This document shows, in pieces, positions 53,925 through 64,000 of a DNA stretch of 64,000 bases. The position numbers were made by a program, and so were the translations under genes. Under the pieces are notes generated by a model. That model did not search any database. It saw only the letters and a program-made list of their open reading frames with translations, and was not told where the DNA came from. This DNA comes from Mobula hypostoma (Eukaryota). The DNA is taken from assembly GCF_963921235.1 (NCBI RefSeq), contig NC_086097.1, positions 237,462,001 to 237,526,000 of the forward strand. Reading direction: 5' to 3'. Within the stretch, counting starts at the first letter, position 1. Each line of letters begins with the position of its first letter.

Positions 53925-54113
53925 CATCACAAGTAGGCAAGGGGTGATTCCACCAGTGATTTTTCTCACACATTAGCGGTTCCTCATGACTTATTGTGTA
54001 CCCAGATTCACAGCTGAATGCTACAGTAGAACCAATGGAGAAATCTTGTCCATGTCGATATCCATTGACTGGGATCCCAGGGTCCATGCAGGAATACGTA
54101 TCCACTGTAACAC
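53925..54113 (-). CDS. CSMD3: CSMD3 coding exon (Sushi domain), 189 nt, phase 1-1
   Basis: VTVDTYSCMDPGIPVNGYRHGQDFSIGSTVAFSCESGYTISHEEPLMCEKNHWWNHPLPTCD; four Cys plus Trp Sushi pattern; acag| and |gtaagg. Confidence 0.96.
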
Positions 54114-54174
54114 CTGTGGGGAATAGATATGAAGGTAATGAAAACATAGCTAATGAAACAAAATTCACACAAGT

Positions 54175-54535
54175 CATAGAATCAGAGAAAAGCACAACAC
54201 AGCCCACCTAGTCTGTGCTGACTGCCATCGACCTACACCGGGATCATAGCCCTCCACACCCCTACTATCCATGTACCTATCCAAACTTCGCTTAAACATT
54301 AAAATTGAGCTCGCATGCACCACTTGCACTGGCAGCTCATTCCAAACTCTCATGACCTTCTGACTGAAGAAGTTTCCCCTCATGTTCCCCTTAAACTTTT
54401 CACCTGTTACCTTTAACTCATGACCTCTGGTTGTAGTCCTACCCAATATCAATGGAAAATGGCTGCTTGCACTTACCCTACCCCTCATAATTTTGTATAC
54501 CTCTATCAAATCTCCTCTCAGTCTTACACGTTCCA
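54175..54535 (-). mobile_element. CR1 3' fragment 60 nt upstream of the exon acceptor at 54113
   Basis: LRGDLIEVYKIMRG...FFSQKVMRVWNELP; a second related tail lies at about 54615-54780. Confidence 0.8.
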
Positions 54536-55024
54536 AAGCAGTGATCTGATTCCAAACATTACAAAATGTATTTTGTACATTATGGGTACTCAATGGAAAA
54601 AGTTTTAAATTGAAAGAGATGGAGAAGTACAGCACAGAAACAGGCCTTTTGGCCCATCTAGTCCATGCCAAAACCATTTAATCTGCCTTCTCCCATCGAC
54701 CTGCACTGAGACCATAGCCCTTCATTCCCCTACTTCCATGTACCTATCTAAACTTCTCTAAAACATTGATATCGAGCTCACATGTTACCTTTATTAGTTA
54801 CATGCGCATAAAACATACCATCAAACACATCAAAAACCAATTAAAGAAGTCTGAAGATGTGATGAAGGCAGCCAACAAGTGTCACCACACTTCCAGAGCC
54901 AACATAGCATGCCACCACTTACGAACCCATACATCTTTAGGAGTGTGAGAAGACACCTGAGCACCCAGAGGAAACCCACACAATTATACTACCATGTTGC
55001 CGGTCACAATGAGGGTTATAGTCA

Positions 55025-55336
<312 letters not shown>

Positions 55337-55619
55337 CTAATCACATTTAACCTATAACTAAGTACAAATGTTCGGACTTTAGATGGATCGATCAGAAAAG
55401 TTTAATTTTTGTGAACTGAGAAGAGCTATGTTAAGCAAGTCCTTTTGAAACACAATGTACAAAATTAATATTTAACAGATATGAAAATCATAATTATAGT
55501 TCTACTTTTAATTCATTGAAATGCATAAAGATAATAAATTAATGCTAGAACTACAGAATGCACACTTCTGAATATCTGGTACTTTACATTAACTAAATTA
55601 AATACCAAGATATTAAAAC

Positions 55620-56022
55620 CACCTCCAAGAGGACCACAGCCTTGTCGTTGGGTTTGGAGGCTTGTGTGCCTCAATGATCTGGACAGCTATATTGACTGGA
55701 GTCAGGACTTGGTAGGGTCACCCATGCCAAACAGGCTAGAGGACAGACTAGGGGTGGTCCACCGGTCCTCCAAGTTTGGGGATTCATTTCAGGGCTAACA
55801 ACCCTGACTGATAAAACAAAATTGTAACAGACACAGCAATGAAGAATCCTTCTACATCTAATGTGACAGTGTTCCTGAGTCTCCACCCAGGACTTGCATG
55901 ACTGACAGTAGTGAAAACCAAGAGAAAGCTACTGACACAATGAAGGAAGTCCTGAATACAGGCAGGGGGGAATGGAGGACCTTCATTGTTGCCCTAAATG
56001 CCAGCAGCATAATAGGCAGTAA
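55620..56022 (+). mobile_element. Non-autonomous RTE-derived short element (copy 3; copy 2 at about 34865-35155)
   Basis: gaggaccaca.cctt.tc.ttgggtttg start; ends ggaggaccttcattg.tgc.ctaaa...agcataa. Confidence 0.6.
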
Positions 56023-56125
56023 AAAAATATTAAAACTAAGCATTTGTGCATGACTTATAGCATCTTCAGAATATGTTTATCAATTAATATACTGTATATT
56101 ATTTTCAAAAATGCATCAAAATTCA

Positions 56126-56389
<264 letters not shown>

Positions 56390-57929
56390 CTATTACTGAA
56401 AAATAAGTTAAATACAGGGGATGTTAAACTTATGTGACTGGAAACATCCTGTGAGCCCAATTGTACATGTCATTAATTCTCATCATAACAAACAGTTATA
56501 TAAAGTGACATTCTACAAAAAATATTGCAAAGAGTACAAAAAAAATGTGAAGATAATTCTTGTCATACAATCATGTCATGTTGTGTAATGTTTCATGTCA
56601 AATAGAGTTAACAGAAAGAAGAATTGACATTTTTTTTTTGAAATGTCAGCTCACCAGTCAGTTAATTAAGACAATTCCACTGGGTCTATTCTAATGTGGG
56701 TCTGTGGCTGTTCTGTTGCTCTATGTTGTTTGAAATCCAACTTGACAAAATTTACTGATTTCAGCCTTGAAAGATCTCAGTGACAGAACTGCATTCAGTA
56801 CCCTGACTGATGCACGCCAGCATACCAAAAGCCTTCTTCACCTTCCCCCAGTCTACCCGTAACAAGACTTTCAGGAGACCAGGTGTGTGTGCTATGAGGT
56901 CCCTCTGCTCTACAACACTCCCCAGGGCGGTGAAATGCTCTACTTCATTTGTCTTCCCAAAATACAACACTTCACACTTACCCAAATTAAGCTCCATTTG
57001 CCACTCCTCAATCCACTTTCCCAGATGATCAAGATCCCTCTGTAAATCCTGATAACCATCTTCACCATCAATACTACCACTTACTTTAGTGTCTTCTGCA
57101 AACTGAGTAACCATGCCTTAGTAACATTCTAATCCAAATCATTGATATAAATGACAAATAGTAAAGGTCTAGCACCAACCCATCAGGAACATGACCAGCC
57201 ACTGCCCCACAGTCTGAGAAACAACCTTCTATCATCAGCTTTGCTTCCTACTATCAATCCAATTGACTACATTACTGTGAAAAAAGTCTTAGGCACATAT
57301 ATGTAGCTTGGGTGCCTTAGCCTTTTGCACGCCACTCTCTATACATAGATTGACACCTTCCAAGTCCTGTGGACCTGGTCCCCAAGGTTCCTCTGTAAAT
57401 CAATGCTATTAAGAATCCTTATTATTACCTGTACATCTTCCCCTGACACTTGACTTCCCAAAATGCAACACATGCCTGGATTAAACTCCACCTATCATTT
57501 CTGTGCCCATAAATGTAACAGATCTTTATCCTGTATCCTTTGACAACTTTCACTCTCCACAACGCCACCAACTTCTGTGTCACCTGCAAACTGACTAACC
57601 AACATTAAAACTTAAAATTCTTACACACGCTTTGCAGGGAAGACGCAGGAATCAAGTCTCCCCTGGGTGGCACATTTACAACCAGCAATCTCAAATTGGC
57701 CAATCAATTCTGGAATAGCAAGAAATCTTTTCATCCAGAGAGGCGAGAAATATTTAAAGTTTCGAACCAGACAGTCTGTGGAGTGAATTCCAGTTCTTAC
57801 ATAGAGGGAGACCTTCATCTTTGTTAACATTCTTTTCTTTGAGTTTTATTTCAATGCTTTCCTTTACCAGACAGAACCAAAAGCCATTTCTTCAGTAAAG
57901 TGGTGTCATTCTCACAATTAAATCTATGG

Positions 57930-60860
57930 GATCCCGCTGTAGACATATGCAGGACACTTCTGTCTCAGGTGATGGTACCGCCAAACTTTACAGACTCCCT
58001 AAGGTACACAAGGAGAGTTCCCACCTGAGTTCTACCGTCAGTGCAATAGAGTCCCCAACTTACTACCTAGCTAAGCATTTAATGACCATGATGTCTCTCT
58101 TCGTTGGGGGCTATGAGGAGCACATCAAGAATTTGACCAAAATTCAACTGAACCCAGAGGACATAATGGTCAGTTTTGACATGGTGTCCCTGTTCATGAG
58201 AGTTCCCATTAAGGATAGCTTGGTCATCCCACGGTCAAGGTTTGACCTTTTTGAACATACCCTGACTTCAACGTACTTCCTCTGTAAGGGAACTATTATG
58301 AACAAATGGGCAAAGTGGCCATTGAATTGCCGTTGTCACTGGCTATTGATAATTTCTACGTGGAGTACTTTGAGGAGAGGGCTCTGAGTTCATTGGCCTT
58401 ATGTCCCAAATGCTTCTTCAGATACGGCAATGACACCTTCGTAGTGTGGCTGCATGGACTCCAGGCATTCCAAAAGTTCCATGACCATCTGAACATTCAA
58501 TTTACGATGGAGATGGAGAAGAATTGTTGTCTCCCATTCCTGGACATTCTAATACGCCAGAAAAACTGGATGGTAGCCTCGAACATGGCGTCTATCGGAA
58601 ACCCACTTACATGGCCTTACACTTCATCAAACATAGCCACCATCACACCTCCCAAAGTAGAGCGGTTCATTTTACTTTGATTAACTGTGCAAAAATTATT
58701 TCAGACCAGATAATCTCCCGGAGGAAATAAGACAATTACGCACAACGTTACTACAGAATGGCTATGAAGTGAAGGAAATCTATTGGGCCCTTAAAAGGGC
58801 CAATGGAAAACCCAGGAAACCTAACAACAAGGAAGATCCCATCGTTACAGCCTGTCTTCCCTATATTTGCACGGTTTCTGGAAGGATCGCTAGGATGCTG
58901 AAGAAATACCATCCACAAACCTGTAAGGAAACTCAGATCACAGCTTATGCAGGTCAAAGATGACCTGGGACTCAGGTTGGCTGGCGTTTACAGGAGGGAG
59001 AGAGAAACCGGGGAATTATAGACCGGTTAGCCTAACGTCGGTGGTGGGGAAACTGCTGGAGTCAGTTATCAAGGATGTGATAACAGCACATTTGGAAAGC
59101 GGTGAAATGATCGGACAAAGTCAGCATGGATTTGTGAAAGGAAAATCATGTCTGACGAATCTCATAGAATTTTTTGAGGATGTAACTAGTAGAGTGGATA
59201 GGGGAGAACCAGTGGATGTGGTATATTTGGATTTTCAAAATGCTTTTGACAAGGTCCCACACAGGAGATTAGTGTGCAAACTTAAAGCACACGGTATTGG
59301 GGGTAAGGTATTGGTGTGGGTGGAGAATTGGTTAGCAGACAGGAAGCAAAGAGTGGGAATAAACGGGACCTTTTCAGAATGGCAGGTGGTGACTAGTGGG
59401 GTACCGCAAGGCTCAGTGCTGGGACCCCAGTTGTTTACAATCTATATTAATGACTTGGATGAGGGAATTAAATGCAGCATCTCCAAGTTTGCGGATGACA
59501 CGAAGCTGGGTGGCAGTGTTAGCAGTGAGGAGGATGCTAAGAGGATGCAGGGTGACTTGGATAGGTTGGGTGAGTGGGCAAACTCATGGCAGATGCAATT
59601 TAATGTGGATAAATGTGAAGTTATCCACTTTGGTGGCAAAAATAGGAAAACAGATTATTATCTGAATGGTGGCCGATTAGGAAAAGGGGAGGTGCAACGA
59701 GACCTGGGTGTCATTATACACCAGTCATTGAAAGTGGGCATGCAGGTACAGCAGGCGGTGAAAAAGGCGAATGGTATGCTGGCATTTATAGTGAGAGGAT
59801 TCGAGTACAGGAGCAGGGAGGTACTACTGCAGCTGTACAAGGCCTTGGTGAGACCACACCTGGAGTATTGTGTGCAGTTTTGGTCCCCTAATCTGAGGAA
59901 AGACATCTTTGCCATAGAGGGAGTACAAAGAAGGTTCACCAGATTGATTCCTGGGATGGGAGGACTTTCATATGAAGAAAGACTGGATGAACTGGGCTTG
60001 TACTCATTGGAATTTAGAAGATTGAGGGGGGATCTGATTGAAACGTATAAGATCCTAAAGGGATTGGACAGGCTAGATGCAGGAAGATTGTTCCTGATGT
60101 TGGGGAAGTCCAGAACGAGGGGTCACAGTTTGAGGATAGAGGGGAAGCCTTTTAGGACCGGGATTAGGAAAAACTTCTTCACACAGAGAGTGGTGAATCT
60201 GTGGAATTCTCTGCCACAGGAAACTGTTGAGGCCAGTTCATTGGCTATGTTTAAGAGGGAGTTAGATATGGCCCTTGTGGCTACAGGGGTCAGGGGGTAT
60301 GGAGGGAAGGCTGGGGCGGGGTTCTGAGTTGGATGATCAGCCATGATCATAATAAATGGCGGTGCAGGCTCGAAGGGCCGAATGGCCTACTCCTGCACCT
60401 ATTTTCTATGTTTCTATATCAGCCAGACAGAATGCACAGTGGGAACCTGCATTAAGGAGCACAGGAGGTGTATCCGTTTGGGTTATCCGGAGAAATTAGC
60501 GGTAGCAGAACATTGCATTCGAATGGCTATAGGATTGACTTTTATGCCACCAAACTACTGTGCCGTGCCAATGGCTTTTGGGATCACCTGGTAAAGGAAA
60601 CCATTGAAATAAAACTAGAGGAAAAGAGTTTTAACAACGTCAAATGTTTTGCTCTACGTAAAAATTCAAGGTGGGAGAGCAGAAACCTGATTGGATGAGG
60701 ACTAACCAATCAGGAGGGACAGACTACATGGGGTATAAATATTACCAGAACAGACATGCCTGGGCATCATCCCTGATGAAGATAGCGGAGTTTGTCATTG
60801 AAATGTCCGTTATAATCGATATCTGTACCTGGCTAGAAGCCAGAGAAGAGTTTATTCATA
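57930..60860 (+). mobile_element. Degraded Penelope-like element (RT + GIY-YIG), split by a young CR1
   Basis: LYRLPKVHK, SPTYYLAKHL, MVSFDMVSLF, FFRYGNDTF (decayed YxDD), FTMEME, LPFLDI, VYRKPT, GVYR | YISQT..IKEH..AVAEH; TATA (gggtataaat) and ctgatga...gaaatgtc near 60734-60807. Confidence 0.9.
58992..60417 (+). mobile_element. Young CR1 LINE, 5'-truncated, uninterrupted RT ORF to stop at 60327
   Basis: NYRPVSLTSVVGK, SQHGF, YLDFQNAFDKV, SGVPQGSVLGP, KFADDTKL; 3' UTR hairpin and ttctatgt tail. Confidence 0.96.
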
Positions 60861-62189
60861 ATATACGCTGGGATCCTTTTTCTTCCTGGTAACTTTTTCA
60901 AAAAACTCAATCAAATTTGTGAGACACGATTGTCCATTCTCCAAGCCATGCTGACTATTCCTCATCAATCTCTACCTTTCTAAGTGCTTTTATACCTTAT
61001 TCCTCACAATCACAATCCCCTCCAGTAATTTAATGGCTACAGATCTTAAAATTTACTGGTCTATAGTTCCCAGGTTCTTCTTGCAGCTCTCCTAAATAAA
61101 GGCACAAAATTAGTAACCAGCAAGTCTTCTGGCACTTTACCTGTCTCTAATGATGATGCATGTATCTCATCCAGAACTCTCACAATTTCTTCTCTAGCTT
61201 CCTGCAGTTTCTTTGATACACCTGATCAGATCTTAGTGATTTATCTACTTCATACAGTTTGAAATATCCAGTGTCTCCTCTGCTGTAATGCAAATTATCC
61301 TCTTGATACCTCATTAACTATCTTATGTTCTGAAGTCTTCATGTATTTCTCCATGGTCAAACAGAAGGGACATATTCATTGAGGTATTTGCTGGTTTTCT
61401 GCTACTCCACACAAAAATGTCCACTTTGTTCTTTGAGAAGCCCTTTTCTCTCTTTCCCCCTTAATATACTTATAAATTCCTCCTGGGTTCTCCTTAATCT
61501 TCTGTGCCAAAGCTACCTCATGATTCCTCTTTGCTTTTTTATTGAGTACTCTCCTGCCTCCCATATACACCTCCAGGGATAAACTTGATTCCAGCTGCCT
61601 GTTCCCAACACATTCTTTCTCCTGGCCAGAGTTTTCTACCAGCCTTGCTCTACATTCTAAGAAGAACATGAATATCTTGAACTCTCAATATCACACATTG
61701 CAAAGAACCCCACTTGCTAGACATCCCTTTGCCTGCAGCATACTCCAAACAACTTTTGAATTTTCCTGTCTAATAATATCAGAATTTCCTTTGCCCCAAT
61801 TTAAAGCGTAAAGTTGCACCCTCCAAAAGTCAGAGATTGGAGTTCAATCCTGAACTCAGCTGCTGTCCAGGTGGAGTTTGCATGGCCTCCCAAAGGCATG
61901 CAGGTTAGTAGGTTAATTCCCCTCAGTAAAGTGCCCTGAGTGTGCAGGATGCAGGTGAGTGTGGGGCAGGGGTGAAATTGATGGGATTGTTGGAAGAATA
62001 AAAAAGGGGATTAATGTTAGATTACTGCAAATGACGAGTTGATCATTGGTTGGGTCTCAATGGCATTTTCCATGCTGTAGCTTGCTAATACTCTGTTTTT
62101 CTACTTTTTAAATGGTTCTCTCAATAGCAAACATTTGAGAATAAATCAAGTGCCTTTAAAAACAGTAAGCTGTTAAAACCCATCAAGAT

Positions 62190-62748
62190 CCATAAGATCT
62201 AGGAGCAGAATTAGGCCATTTGGCCCATCAAGTCTGCTCTTCCATTTCATCATAGCTGATCCATTTTCCCTCTCAGCCCCAATATTCCTTCATGCCCTGA
62301 CCAATCAAGAATCTATCAACCTCTGCCTTAAATATAGGTAAAAACTTGACTTCCAAGGCTGCCTTTGGCAATGAATTCCACAGATTCACCACTCCCTGGC
62401 TAAATAAATTCCTCCTCATCTCCTTTCAACAAGGATGCCCCCTTATTCTGAGGCTGTGTCCTCTGGTGTTGGACTCTGTCACCACAGAAACATTCTCTCC
62501 ACATCCACTCTATTGAGGCCTTTCAACATTTGATAGGTTTCAATAAGGTCACCCTTCATTCTTCTGAATTCCAATGAATACAAGTCCTGAGCCATCAAAT
62601 GCTTTTCATATGACAAGCTGTTCAATCTTAGAATCATTTTTGTGAACCTCCTTTAAATCCCCTCCAGTGTCAGCCCATCCTTTCTTAGTTAAGAGGCCCA
62701 AAGCTGCTCACAATACTCCAAGTGAGGCCTCACCAGTGCTTTATAAAG
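62190..62748 (-). mobile_element. Degraded CR1 3' portion
   Basis: ccataagatctaggagcagaattaggccatttggccc tail; gaattccacagattcaccact; gtgaggcctcaccagtgc. Confidence 0.78.
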
Positions 62749-62927
62749 TTCTCTGGGTGGGAAGAAAATCTTATTTGGAAGTCCTCTTCCTAACAATGTA
62801 TTTCTTGGGTGCTGCATGTGGATGCCTCTCAGGTGATCAACTTAGTTGTCCCTCCAAACCTGGAAAAGTTAAGCTTTAGTGGTCAGATGAATCCAGCACA
62901 AACTGTCCCATGCTTTGCATTTTGTCA

Positions 62928-63155
<228 letters not shown>

Positions 63156-63714
63156 TCAAAGCTTCAGTGTAGGTTTCAATCTATCAGGTTATTGTAAGTA
63201 CAGGTATTCTTCAATAAATATAAATTTAACTGTTTTGTTCCCAAGAATCGCATGGTCCTGATAAAGAGTATCAGTCCGAAAAGTCAACTCTTTATTCCTT
63301 TCCATAGATGCTGTCTGACCTGTTGAGTTCCTCCAGCATTTTGTGTGTGCTTCTTTGGATTTCCGGCATCTGTAGAATCTTTTGTGTTTATGAGTTTCCC
63401 TAGCAGTTTATTATATGCTTTGGGATTCAAATTTCACTGCAGATTTTATGCATGCACGGGCATTTCAGTGCAGGGAGATTTTGAAAAGGAAATGTGCCCT
63501 ATTTTCCAGAAATATAACAAGATTCAACTCTCTGTTTTAACTATTACAGTACATGTCTTATAAAAGGCCTATTTCACTTTTTTGATGGTGAGACAGGTGA
63601 CAAAGCAGAAATGCAGCCTCAGTTTTGGCAAGGACAAGGCCTCAGGCTGCAGACCAGGTGAGGGACATCAGGGGCAGTGCAGCGTGGCATCCGTGCTCAA
63701 TTGGAGGCCTGCTT

Positions 63715-63840
63715 CTCCTCTCGGTGCTGCCTTCTAGTGTTCAACCAGTGGAATGACAGGCTGGGTTGCTGGGAGCTCTCCTCTCAGTGCTGCCTTCTAG
63801 TGTTCGACCGGCACAATGACAGGCTGGATTGCTGGGAGCT
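63715..63840 (+). repeat. Two-copy tandem repeat, 63-nt unit
   Basis: ctcctctc.gtgctgccttctagtgttc.acc.g...aatgacaggctgg.ttgctgggagct at 63715-63777 and 63778-63840. Confidence 0.9.
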
Positions 63841-64000
63841 GTACCATCAGATTGCATGTTGCTCAGAGTCTTGAACTATACATGCATTTTCTTGTGTAAT
63901 GATGTGTGTGTGTTTTTTTATCTCATTATTTTGAATGTATGTTATACACCTTGGTCCCAGAGGAATGGTGCCTCGTTTGCCTGTATCCAGGTATAGTTTG

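Noticed and set aside
58960..60327. 455-aa ORF as a host or domesticated RT gene
   Set aside because: It is a 5'-truncated young CR1 with its tail intact. The start Met comes from an off-frame of the flanking PLE, and openness is explained by youth.
63715..63840. CRISPR-like or regularly spaced repeat array (also 8385-8546)
   Set aside because: Only two adjacent copies, no unique spacers, eukaryotic intron.

Overview
Eukaryotic, vertebrate DNA. The repeat landscape (CR1, Rex1/L2-type, RTE, Penelope-like elements) suggests a cartilaginous fish, probably a ray; that assignment is inference. The whole window lies inside one minus-strand gene, CSMD3 (CUB and Sushi multiple domains 3). I read seven coding exons with canonical AG/GT boundaries and matching phases (62933-63127, 56148-56286, 55060-55247, 53925-54113, 9857-9973, 5872-6087, 3734-3922). 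They total 1233 nt without a stop and encode Sushi-CUB-Sushi-CUB-Sushi. The first exon is missing from the ORF track. The rest is intron, including one of about 44 kb, packed with mostly dead and often nested transposable elements. Most interesting: (1) a family of Penelope-derived insertions carrying minimal hammerhead ribozyme motifs, several of them ~220-nt fold-back elements with clean 12-16 bp target-site duplications (TSDs); (2) two young, ~98% identical CR1 copies in inverted orientation that bracket exactly one in-frame CUB+Sushi module, a 516-nt candidate circRNA with no in-frame stop; (3) a duplicated ~400-bp intronic block with a 187-nt core at ~98% identity and much more diverged flanks; (4) a Chapaev-like DNA transposon and a HERO-type endonuclease fragment. 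No CRISPR array, rRNA or genuine tRNA gene was found. TE boundaries are approximate unless a TSD is given, and family names come from recalled motifs, not database searches.
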